A stretch of 64,000 nt of DNA. Source: Anaerolineales bacterium (GTDB lineage: Bacteria; Chloroflexota; Anaerolineae; Anaerolineales; E44-bin32). The stretch lies in the NCBI GenBank assembly GCA_034417075.1, contig DAOULU010000006.1, positions 74,283 to 138,282 of the forward strand, in the 5' to 3' direction. Position numbers and translations under genes: made by a program. Under the pieces are notes generated by a model. It saw only the letters and a program-made list of their open reading frames with translations, searched no databases and was not told the origin of the DNA. Of the stretch, positions 8,768 through 16,186 are shown piece after piece. How positions within the stretch are numbered: the stretch's first letter is position 1; the number at the start of each line of letters is the position of its first letter.

Positions 8768-9762
8768 TGCGCCTAAAATCGATCCGCCGGCGCCTCGTTG
8801 TCGGCTTGATTTTCGGTTTCCTCGTCTTCATCGGATTGGGACTAATCGGCGACATCCGTCAGGTCGGTACCCAATTCGCCAATTTTATGTGGGCTTACAC
8901 ACCCCTCATCCTGGTCGGAACCCTGTGTAATTACATCCTGCGCTTCTTCAAGTGGCATTTTTACCTGGGCCAGATCGGTGTAGAAGATCTATCCTGGCGC
9001 GAGAGCGCCCGCCTCTTCGTCGCCGGCTTCCCGCTCGCCGTGACGCCCGGCAAGGTGGGCGAAGCGCTCAAGGCGGTCTGGCTGCAGAATAAAACCGGCA
9101 TCCCCACGGCGCGCGGCGTGACCGTGGTGCTCGCCGAACGTATCAGCGACGGCCTGGCCGTACTGGCGCTCTCCACACTGGGCGTGATCGCCTATCCCCG
9201 CTACTGGCCGGCTTTCGCCGCTGTGCTGGGTATCTTGCTTGCAGGCATCGTGGTCTCGCAGATCCGGCCGCTGGCGCTGGCCCTGCTCGGCTTCGCGGAA
9301 CGCCTGCCCTTGATTCAACGCCTAGCGCACCACCTGCGGGAATTCTACGAGGGCGTCTACGCCCTATTCCGTCCGCGCGCCACAATCACCGCCATCGGGC
9401 TGGGCAGCGTCGCCTGGTTGGGGGAAGGTCTGGCGATGTACCTCGTGCTCTTAGGCCTGGGGGTTCCAGGTGGATGGGAAACGCTCTCCGTAGCGGTCTT
9501 TGTGCTTTCCTTTTCGACGGTGATTGGCGCCGTCTCGGCGCTACCGGGAGGACTGGGCGCCTTCGAAGCCAGTGCCGCCGGCATGCTAACCCTCCTCCTC
9601 GGAGCCCAAGCCAGCACTGCCGCCGCAGCCACGCTGCTGATTCGCTTCGCCACGCTCTGGTTCGGCGTGACGCTGGGTTTGCTCGTCTGGTCGCGTTCAG
9701 GGGATTTGCTTTATCTGCAGACGAACGCCGAAGAAAAAGACGCAGCCCGCAGGTTGGGTTGA
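8767..9762 (+). CDS. flippase-like / lysylphosphatidylglycerol-synthase TM-region family membrane protein (UPF0104)
   Basis: About 331 aa polytopic membrane protein. The motifs FKWHFYL, AGFPLAVTPGKVGEALK and SALPGGLGAFEA match this family. The TGATG start/stop overlap with the DUF362 gene suggests coupling. Confidence 0.8.
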   Translation: MRLKSIRRRLVVGLIFGFLVFIGLGLIGDIRQVGTQFANFMWAYTPLILVGTLCNYILRFFKWHFYLGQIGVEDLSWRESARLFVAGFPLAVTPGKVGEALKAVWLQNKTGIPTARGVTVVLAERISDGLAVLALSTLGVIAYPRYWPAFAAVLGILLAGIVVSQIRPLALALLGFAERLPLIQRLAHHLREFYEGVYALFRPRATITAIGLGSVAWLGEGLAMYLVLLGLGVPGGWETLSVAVFVLSFSTVIGAVSALPGGLGAFEASAAGMLTLLLGAQASTAAAATLLIRFATLWFGVTLGLLVWSRSGDLLYLQTNAEEKDAARRLG

Positions 9763-9782
9763 GGGGACCGAAACCCAACATC
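9745..9782 (+). repeat. REP-like hairpin repeat, copy 1 (GCCCGCAGGTTGGGTTGAGGGGACCGAAACCCAACATC)
   Basis: The stem is GTTGGGTT/AACCCAAC with an 11-nt loop. The 32-nt core is identical to 10027-10058. It overlaps the stop codon of the 8767-9762 gene. Confidence 0.8.
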
Positions 9783-9974
9783 TCATAGACGTGCAGACAT
9801 ACGACCGAACCACTGTATCCTTGATACAACTGGTTTCACTGCTGGCATTCTTCCCAAATCATTAGTGCATTCAACAACATCAGTGACATCGGTGGTTCTG
9901 ATTACACTCGTTCAACCCTCCGCTCCGGATGAAGTCATAAGGGCTTCGAGATCGATTTTTTCATGATGATGGAA

Positions 9975-10001
9975 ATAGACGCCTCACCGAGGCGTCTCTA
10001 C
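9975..10001 (-). repeat. REP-like GTAG-headed hairpin (minus strand: GTAGAGACGCCTCGGTGAGGCGTCTAT)
   Basis: Perfect 9-bp stem AGACGCCTC/GAGGCGTCT preceded by GTAG on the minus strand. Confidence 0.6.
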
Positions 10002-10020
10002 GCGTTATTCTTCGCCCGAA

Positions 10021-10058
10021 GTCCGTAGGTTGGGTTGAGGGGACCGAAACCCAACATC
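10021..10058 (+). repeat. REP-like hairpin repeat, copy 2 (GTCCGTAGGTTGGGTTGAGGGGACCGAAACCCAACATC)
   Basis: Direct repeat of 9745-9782 with a 32/32 core plus a flank carrying 2 mismatches. It has a GTAG head and sits just downstream of the lysS stop. Confidence 0.8.
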
Positions 10059-10074
10059 AAGCAGCCTGCTTACC

Positions 10075-11598
10075 CTACTCCCTGTCCTTGCTGCGCAGGT
10101 GCGGGAAGAGGATCACCTCTCGGATCGACGAGTTGTCGCTCAACAGCATGCTCAGGCGGTCGACGCCCATGCCGAAACCCCCGCAGGGCGGCATGCCGTA
10201 GGCCATCGCTCGCAGGTAGTCCTCGTCCATGGGATGGCGCTCCTCGTCCCCGGCGGTGTAGATACGGCCCATCTCAAGGAAACGCTGTTCCTGATCCAGG
10301 GGATCGTTCAACTCAGTGAACGCGTTGCACAACTCCATCCCGCCCACGAAACCCTCGAAGCGTTCAACGGTCTGCGGGTCGCCAGGTACAGATTTCGCCA
10401 GCGGTGAGATATCCCGCGGATAGTCGTACACGAAAGTCGGTTGGATCAAGTTAGGTTCCACATACTTGCTCAGCAGCGCTTCGATCAATTTGCCGCGCGA
10501 AGATGTTTTCGACGGCTCGTGGCCGCGGGCTTCCATCGCCTGGCGCAGGCGCTGCGCATCGTCGTGTTTGGCGATGTCGATCTCGGCGGCCTCGATCAAC
10601 GCCCGGCGCAGTTCGATGCGCTTCCAGGGCGGGTTTAAATCGATCTTTTCACCCTTATACTCGATCCGCGCCGATCCCGTCGCCCGCTCGGCGGTGAATG
10701 CCACCATCTGTTCAGTGAGTTCCATCACGTCCTTATAGTCGGCGTAAGCCATGTAGAACTCGAGCTGCGTGAACTCGGGATTGTGTTTGAAGGACACGCC
10801 TTCGTTGCGGAAATCACGCCCGATTTCGTAGACCCGCTCGAACCCCCCGACGAGCAGACGCTTGAGATACAGCTCGAAAGAAATACGCAGGAAGAGATCC
10901 TGATGCAGCTGGTTGTGGCGTGTCACGAAGGGCTGCGCTGCTGCGCCGCCGTAGATCGGCTGCAGGATTGGCGTCTCGACCTCGATGAAACCGTGTTCGT
11001 CGAGGAACTGCTGCAGTGCACGCACGATTCTCATGCGCAATCGAAAGATGTCGCGCACTTCGGGATTGACCACCAGATCGGCGTAGCGCTCCCGATATCG
11101 CGCCTCCGTATCGGAAAAGGCGCTGTGAACCACACGATCCCCTTCGATCTCCTCCTCCTTCGTCGCCGGCAGCGGCGTGATTCCCTTGGCCAGCATGCGG
11201 TATCCGGCAACGCGCAGGGTCACTTCCCCCGTGCGCGTGCGGAAAAGCTTTCCGTACGCCTGGATGAAATCGCCCAGATCGAATTCGTCGTTGAAACGAT
11301 CGAACACCTCCGCGCCCAACTCGTCGGCGCGCAGATAGAGCTGCAGCCTGCCGGCGCCGTCCTCGATGTGGGCGAATGTCGACTTACCCATGGCGCGGAT
11401 CGAACGCAGTCTGCCGACCACCGTAGCCTCGACGGTTTCGTCCTCATCCGCAGCCTCGAAAGCCCGGACTGCTTCCACCGTGGTGTGCGTGCGTTCGACG
11501 CGGTTAGGATACGGCTCCATGCCTGAATCCCGCAGGCGTTCGAGCTTCTCCAGGCGGACCTTTTCGAGATCGTTCCATTTCGTCATGCTGAAAATCAT
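10075..11598 (-). CDS. lysS: lysine--tRNA ligase (class II)
   Basis: 507 aa with full-length LysRS-II colinearity, including the OB-fold N-terminus and FRNEGVSFKHNPEFTQLEFYMAYADY. An alternative start lies at 11586. Confidence 0.95.
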   Translation of the reverse strand: MIFSMTKWNDLEKVRLEKLERLRDSGMEPYPNRVERTHTTVEAVRAFEAADEDETVEATVVGRLRSIRAMGKSTFAHIEDGAGRLQLYLRADELGAEVFDRFNDEFDLGDFIQAYGKLFRTRTGEVTLRVAGYRMLAKGITPLPATKEEEIEGDRVVHSAFSDTEARYRERYADLVVNPEVRDIFRLRMRIVRALQQFLDEHGFIEVETPILQPIYGGAAAQPFVTRHNQLHQDLFLRISFELYLKRLLVGGFERVYEIGRDFRNEGVSFKHNPEFTQLEFYMAYADYKDVMELTEQMVAFTAERATGSARIEYKGEKIDLNPPWKRIELRRALIEAAEIDIAKHDDAQRLRQAMEARGHEPSKTSSRGKLIEALLSKYVEPNLIQPTFVYDYPRDISPLAKSVPGDPQTVERFEGFVGGMELCNAFTELNDPLDQEQRFLEMGRIYTAGDEERHPMDEDYLRAMAYGMPPCGGFGMGVDRLSMLLSDNSSIREVILFPHLRSKDRE

Positions 11599-11654
11599 CC
11601 TTCATCTACGCCCCGAACGTTCCCGCTCGGGATCCATTCCAGGCTAAGTGTACA

Positions 11655-11694
11655 CGAAAAAGCGCCCCGCACGGCAAACCAAAAGCGGGGCGCT
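11655..11694 (-). terminator. Rho-independent terminator downstream of greA
   Basis: 10-bp GC-rich stem AGCGCCCCGC/GCGGGGCGCT (11661-11670 / 11685-11694) followed on the minus strand by a T-run. Confidence 0.6.
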
Positions 11695-11710
11695 CAGGGA
11701 AACCACCAAA

Positions 11711-12178
11711 TTACTTGATTTTTACGATGCGGAAGGACAGCGTGCCGGCCGGCGCCTGCACTTCGATCTCGTCACCCACGACCTGATCCAACAGCGCTTG
11801 CCCCAGAGGTGATTCGTTGGAGATCAAGCCTTCTTTCGGGTTAGCTTCCGCCACCCCGACGATCGTATAGGTCTCGTTCTTCTCTCCGTCCTGTTTGACC
11901 ACGACGGTGCTGCCGATTTGTACGACGTCCGTTTTCTTGGACGGTTTGATCAACTGCGCTTTGGCGAGCATGCGCTCGAGCTCAAGTATGCGACCTTCGA
12001 TGAAAGCCTGTTCGTTTTTGGCGGCTTCGTACTCCGCGTTTTCGATCAACTCACCGTCTTCCATGGCCTCGTGCAGCCGATGGGCTACTTCATGGCGCTT
12101 GACCGTGCGCAGATGTTCGAGTTCTTCCTCGAGCTTCTTGTGTCCTTTGGACGTAAGATAGACTGCGGAATTCGCCAT
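11711..12178 (-). CDS. greA: transcription elongation factor GreA
   Basis: 155 aa with the coiled-coil N-terminus (KLEEELEHLRTVKRHEVAHRLHEAMEDGELIENAEYEAAKNEQAFIEGRI) and a C-terminal FKBP-like domain. Confidence 0.95.
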   Translation of the reverse strand: MANSAVYLTSKGHKKLEEELEHLRTVKRHEVAHRLHEAMEDGELIENAEYEAAKNEQAFIEGRILELERMLAKAQLIKPSKKTDVVQIGSTVVVKQDGEKNETYTIVGVAEANPKEGLISNESPLGQALLDQVVGDEIEVQAPAGTLSFRIVKIK

Positions 12179-12369
12179 CGTTCTTCCTACCTCAACGTTT
12201 CGACCTGCCCTTCAGGGCAGGATACGGCTTAGAATAAAAGAACTGAGAGGATGCTCTCAGCCCAAAACTATTTCTCTTGCGGCAGGATAATAGCATAACT
12301 TAGGTCTACTGTCCAGCAAGTAAAATGGTACGAATCCCATAAATCTGGTCGAAATACGAAATGTGAGGT

Positions 12370-13107
12370 CTAGCGGCGTAGAATGATGAGCTGCAGCCCA
12401 TGATTTGGCGCCTGGAAGTCGACCAGTTCGGCATGCAGCGCACTTTCGTCCGCCCAGAAGGTCGAAAGCTGCGATCGATACGAGGCACTGGCCGCCGCCC
12501 AGGCCTCGATGTCCCCCGATTCGAGTTCGAAAACCCGTTTGTCCCCCTGCGGCAGACCCAAATCGTCCGGCAGCGGACCTCCGCGCGCGGCGTAGGGAAA
12601 ATCGGCGTAATAACGCAGTGCCCGGCCCAAGCTTTCCGCAGCGCGGCGGGCGAGACGGTGGTCGACGTGTCCACCATACCCCAGCGGGCAGTAGAGCGCC
12701 GCATCGGCGGGGATATGACGTGCCAATTTCCGCGCCAGTTCGTCGACCAGATCACTTTCGATCTCGTGCAGCGCGCCGAAAATAGCAGCTTCGTCGGGAT
12801 ACAACGGCGAACCGTCTGGCGCTTTACGGTAGATCGCGTCCAGGATTTCGAGGTGAATCACCCCGGCGCACAAGCGTTCGCATGCGGCCAGATCCTCGGA
12901 TCGCCGCACTTCCATGGGCGTTCGATCCGCATTCCAACGCGCATGAAGCTGCTGCGCGAATGGGGAAAGTTCCCCCGTTGGCGGGTCGCCGGCGCAGACG
13001 GTGAGCACCGTGACCGATTCGCCGGACGAGGTCTGGCGTGCGATCAGCCCGCCGCAGGAGAACACGGCGTCGTCCAGGTGGGGCGAGAGGTAGACGTGTC
13101 GGGCCAC
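12370..13107 (-). CDS. PIG-L (LmbE-like) family deacetylase
   Basis: 245 aa. The N-terminal motif YLSPHLDDAVFSCGG and a later HVDH are typical of PIG-L. Confidence 0.85.
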   Translation of the reverse strand: MARHVYLSPHLDDAVFSCGGLIARQTSSGESVTVLTVCAGDPPTGELSPFAQQLHARWNADRTPMEVRRSEDLAACERLCAGVIHLEILDAIYRKAPDGSPLYPDEAAIFGALHEIESDLVDELARKLARHIPADAALYCPLGYGGHVDHRLARRAAESLGRALRYYADFPYAARGGPLPDDLGLPQGDKRVFELESGDIEAWAAASASYRSQLSTFWADESALHAELVDFQAPNHGLQLIILRR

Positions 13108-13155
13108 GAGGAGATTATAGCTCGGTTCGCATGCGACGGGCGAAGCGCAAAATGG

Positions 13156-13185
13156 TTGACGCAGTCAAAACCGGGATGTTACAAT
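13156..13185 (+). promoter_or_regulatory. sigma-70-type promoter (TTGACG-18 nt-TACAAT) in front of the tRNA-Lys-like copy
   Basis: Read directly. The architecture GGTTGACG...ATGTTACAATCG is duplicated at 13305-13334. Confidence 0.55.
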
Positions 13186-13188
13186 CGA

Positions 13189-13261
13189 GCGTGGTTAGCT
13201 CATTTGGCAGAGCAAGGGCCTTTTAAGCCCAAACAACTCAGGTTCGATCCCGGCACACGAA
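13189..13261 (+). pseudogene. degenerate tRNA-Lys(UUU)-like copy (probable pseudo-tRNA)
   Basis: The D-arm and the anticodon arm (loop CTTTTAA) are intact. The acceptor 5' strand GCGTGGT has no complement at the 3' end (ACACGAA). The T-stem has 2 mismatches. The leader is 7 nt shorter than in the intact copy, so the promoter abuts the acceptor stem. Confidence 0.5.
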
Positions 13262-13304
13262 AGAAATCCCCTCAGTACGAAGCATAAAGTGAAACCGTTC
13301 CTGG

Positions 13305-13334
13305 TTGACGCGGCGAAATCGCCAATGTTACAAT
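13305..13334 (+). promoter_or_regulatory. sigma-70-type promoter (TTGACG-18 nt-TACAAT) of tRNA-Lys
   Basis: Read directly. The -10 element ends 11 nt before tRNA position 1. Confidence 0.6.
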
Positions 13335-13344
13335 CGGGCGCAGC

Positions 13345-13417
13345 GCGCCGTTAGCTCAATTGGCAGAGCAGGGGCCTTTTAAGCCCAAGGTTACAGGTTC
13401 GATTCCTGTACGGCGCA
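13345..13417 (+). tRNA. tRNA-Lys (anticodon UUU)
   Basis: Manual cloverleaf: acceptor GCGCCGT/ACGGCGC, D-stem GCTC/GAGC, anticodon loop CTTTTAA, T-arm ACAGG-TTCGATT-CCTGT and discriminator A. CCA is not encoded. Confidence 0.9.
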
Positions 13418-13432
13418 CACATAATAAAGCGT

Positions 13433-13468
13433 ACATCCCGCGATATTTGCGGGATGTTTCTGATTTCG
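13433..13468 (+). terminator. Rho-independent terminator after tRNA-Lys
   Basis: 9-bp stem ACATCCCGC/GCGGGATGT with loop GATATTT, followed by TTCTGATTT. Confidence 0.6.
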
Positions 13469-13493
13469 AGGTCCATTCCAGAATCCTTTTCTA

Positions 13494-13531
13494 CCCAAGC
13501 AACTCAGGTTCGATTCCTGTACGGCGCACAC
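13494..13531 (+). repeat. orphan tRNA-Lys 3' fragment (variable loop, T-arm and acceptor 3' strand)
   Basis: The 27-nt segment CAGGTTCGATTCCTGTACGGCGCACAC is identical to 13394-13420. Its variable-loop part (AAGCAACTCAGG) instead resembles the degenerate copy at 13225-13243. Confidence 0.75.
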
Positions 13532-13616
13532 AAAGATATCGAACCCCGTCGGCTTTGATGGTATTTTCATTTGCCTGCTAGAAAATGCTTCAAAATTAAC
13601 GAGGAGTCATGACACT

Positions 13617-13781
13617 ATGAATACACTCGAGGTCTACGGCTCCCGATTCGGCAACACGAAACTCGTCGCCTAGGCCATCGGCAAGGCATCGGAAGCAACC
13701 GTCCTGGATAAGCAGGCTTATCCTCATGCCGATCCCCGTCCTCGTCAGCCGGATTGTTCCCGCGCCGAAATGGGTTTATGA
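13617..13781 (+). pseudogene. flavodoxin-like gene fragment interrupted by an in-frame TAG
   Basis: The ATG at 13617 gives MNTLEVYGSRFGNTKLVA-stop-AIGKASEATVLD. The xxLxVYGSxxGNTxxxAxxI signature of flavodoxin-fold proteins is broken at codon 19, and the reading frame ends after about 54 codons. Confidence 0.35.
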
Positions 13782-13834
13782 TAAACACCAAGTATTCCAA
13801 AGCGGCAAGAAACCAAACATCATGGGAGGCCAGC

Positions 13835-14614
13835 ATGAAATCCGCATTCCGTCCCGAACGAACTTTGCTGCTCTCAGCCATCTGCCTCGCCCTGATTCTG
13901 GCGTTCAGCGCATGTGAATTCCCCGGTTTGGCCAGCCAGTCCGAAGGGGCAGGCTCGAACCTGGCCACGCAGGAACAACCGCTCGGCGGTTCCGGCGGTG
14001 AGACTTCGGGCGCAGGAGGAGCCAGCGGTCGGGATTTTCCTTCGTTGATCTGTCCCACCGGCGAAGAATCGAAAGACGATCGCGCCGCCTTCGAAGTCGA
14101 CTACGATCTCACGTGGTCACCACCGCAGGGTCCTTACATCGCGTTGCGGCAAAACTTCGTGTTCACCGCCTCGTACACGCCCTCGGAAGACGTCGGGACG
14201 GACACACTCACCGGAACGTTGAAGTTCGAAAACCTCGGGCCGCAAACCGCAACCTTCACGATCGTGTGGCCGGAGTGCATGAAGGACGATAAACCGGTCA
14301 GCCAGAAATTTAGTTTCACGCCGACGATCACGGGCTCCTGCGCAGGCGGCGTGATCACCATCGTATACACGGAGAAATGGGAATCGGGACAGATGCTGAT
14401 CCCGTGCAAAAAGGGCTCCCGCATCTGCGGGGATTCCGACGATTGCAAGCCGGTTCCCTGGTACATGCCGTTCGGCTTGGGACCCGCCGGCAGGCTGGAA
14501 CGCACTTTCACGATCGACAGGCGGTTCAGTGTGATACCGCCCAGTTATGATGTGGATTTCCTAGGCGTGGGAGGTTCCGGCGGCCGCGTGGTCAAGCTGG
14601 AGTGGCTGCCGTAG
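13835..14614 (+). CDS. hypothetical lipoprotein
   Basis: The ATG at 13835 has a GGGAGG RBS. The lipobox is LILAFSAC, followed by a Gly/Ser linker and a Cys-rich about 190-aa domain I do not recognise. Confidence 0.6.
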   Translation: MKSAFRPERTLLLSAICLALILAFSACEFPGLASQSEGAGSNLATQEQPLGGSGGETSGAGGASGRDFPSLICPTGEESKDDRAAFEVDYDLTWSPPQGPYIALRQNFVFTASYTPSEDVGTDTLTGTLKFENLGPQTATFTIVWPECMKDDKPVSQKFSFTPTITGSCAGGVITIVYTEKWESGQMLIPCKKGSRICGDSDDCKPVPWYMPFGLGPAGRLERTFTIDRRFSVIPPSYDVDFLGVGGSGGRVVKLEWLP

Positions 14615-14728
14615 CCGCCGATCATTCAGACGAATTGAACGATACGTTCGACGCGTCCCGCGAAAGCCGTCGATCTACAAACTGTGTATCGCAGCTGAGA
14701 TCGATTGAAGTCCGGAGCATTTGAGCTT

Positions 14729-15778
14729 ATGACCCGTTCACGAGCCCGTTTCCTGCGCGCCCAACTGCGTGACGCCAGCGTGCTCTTCCAGGAGTTCCGC
14801 GGCTCGCTGCTGTTCTTCGCGCTCATCGTCTTCGGCGGCGGGCTGCTGCTGCACTTCTTCTACACATATCCAGACAGTGGGCAGCACCCGGAGTTCAGCC
14901 GGGCGTTGTACGCCGCCTTTTCCATGATTTTCTTCGACATCCAGCTTCCCTATCCCCGGCAAACGGCGCTGCAGGCGCTCTACTTCATCATACCCATCCT
15001 CGGCCTGGCAGTCGCCGCGGACGGTGTGCTGCGTTTCAGCGGCGCCCTGCTCAGCAAACAAGCCCGAGGGCAGAAATGGCAATTAGCGATGGCATCTACC
15101 TATAAGAATCACATCATCGTTTGCGGCATCGGCAAGGTCGGCTACCGTGTGATCCTCGAGCTGCAGAAATTCGGCCGCGATATCGTGGCCATCGAGATCG
15201 ACCCCGAAAGCCGCTTCGTCGAAAAAGTTAAGCGCCTCGGTGTGCCGCTCATCATTGCCAACGCACGCCGCTCCGAGAACATACGCCAGGCCGGCGTGGA
15301 GCGGGCGCAGGCCATCATCGCCTGCACCAACGACGAACTGACCAACCTGGACATCGCTCTTGACGCACGCGAGATCAACCCCGGCATCATCATTGTGGTG
15401 CGCATGTTCGACAGCGACCTGGCGCGACGCATCGAGAGCGGCTTCGGCATCCAAACCGCCATCAGCACCTCGGCGCTCACCGCACCGATCTTCGCCTCCG
15501 CCGCCATGGGCCTGAACGTGCGCCACAGCTTTTACGTCGGTGAGGAATTGCTGCATCTCAGTGAATTCGCCATCCAGCCCGGAGCGGCGCTGGTGGACTG
15601 GGACGTAGCCCGCCTCGAGCGTGAGTTGAATCTCTCCGTCATCAGCTACGAGACGGATGGCAGCTCCTGCTTTCACCCCGAAGATTCGCAGCCGCTCGAA
15701 GCCAGCAGCCGCATTCTGGTGCTCGCATCGCTCGAGACGCTGCGCAAGCTACACGCGCTGAACACCCCCGGAGGATAA
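14729..15778 (+). CDS. TrkA-N (RCK) domain membrane protein / potassium-channel-family protein
   Basis: N-terminal TM helices are followed by the Rossmann motif HIIVCGIGKVGYRV and a TrkA-C-like tail. I saw no clear GYG filter. I prefer the ATG at 14729 over the TTG at 14705. Confidence 0.7.
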   Translation: MTRSRARFLRAQLRDASVLFQEFRGSLLFFALIVFGGGLLLHFFYTYPDSGQHPEFSRALYAAFSMIFFDIQLPYPRQTALQALYFIIPILGLAVAADGVLRFSGALLSKQARGQKWQLAMASTYKNHIIVCGIGKVGYRVILELQKFGRDIVAIEIDPESRFVEKVKRLGVPLIIANARRSENIRQAGVERAQAIIACTNDELTNLDIALDAREINPGIIIVVRMFDSDLARRIESGFGIQTAISTSALTAPIFASAAMGLNVRHSFYVGEELLHLSEFAIQPGAALVDWDVARLERELNLSVISYETDGSSCFHPEDSQPLEASSRILVLASLETLRKLHALNTPGG

Positions 15779-15784
15779 AGATCC

Positions 15785-16186
15785 ATGCCCCCCATCTACT
15801 TCTCAATCGCTGCACTTCACGAACTGGCTGAGATCGACTGGAATGCACTGCTGCAGCTCTTCCTGATCGCGGTCGTTGCCGGATTGATCCTCACCGCCCT
15901 GCTCACCGTCTGGATTCTGCGCAGCGTACGCCGCATCTCCCTTCCCCAGGATGCGGATTTCTTCACCGCATTACGCGCCACACCCCTGACCGTGGTGCTC
16001 ATGCTCGATCTGCTCGACTTCAGCCTGGATTTCCTCTCGGCACCCATCGCCTGGCCGCTGCTGGGTCGTCTCGGCCTCACCCCGCTGCGTCAGGTAACCG
16101 TCATCGAGGAGTTGATCCCCGGGACGCAGGTCATTCCCACCATGACGCTGGCCTGGCTCGCGGCGCGCATCATCCGCCGCAGATGA
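15785..16186 (+). CDS. hypothetical membrane protein
   Basis: 133 aa with a GGAGGA RBS and 3-4 hydrophobic helices. Its stop overlaps the next gene's start. Confidence 0.55.
   Translation: MPPIYFSIAALHELAEIDWNALLQLFLIAVVAGLILTALLTVWILRSVRRISLPQDADFFTALRATPLTVVLMLDLLDFSLDFLSAPIAWPLLGRLGLTPLRQVTVIEELIPGTQVIPTMTLAWLAARIIRRR

Noticed and set aside
9783-10020. Possible coding capacity or a toxin-like micro-ORF inside the 276-bp repeat-bracketed segment.
   Set aside because: Only ORFs of 8-20 codons without an RBS are present on either strand.
12400-13287. A 295-aa plus-strand ORF covering the PIG-L gene and running into the tRNA-like region.
   Set aside because: It is antisense to a motif-supported PIG-L deacetylase and has Arg/Gly/Pro-rich composition. 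Its C-terminus is merely the translated tRNA sequence (AEQGPFKPK).
13615-14058. A 147-aa minus-strand ORF spanning the flavodoxin remnant and the lipoprotein start.
   Set aside because: It has Arg/Pro-rich composition and overlaps a better-supported plus-strand lipoprotein gene with an RBS and lipobox.
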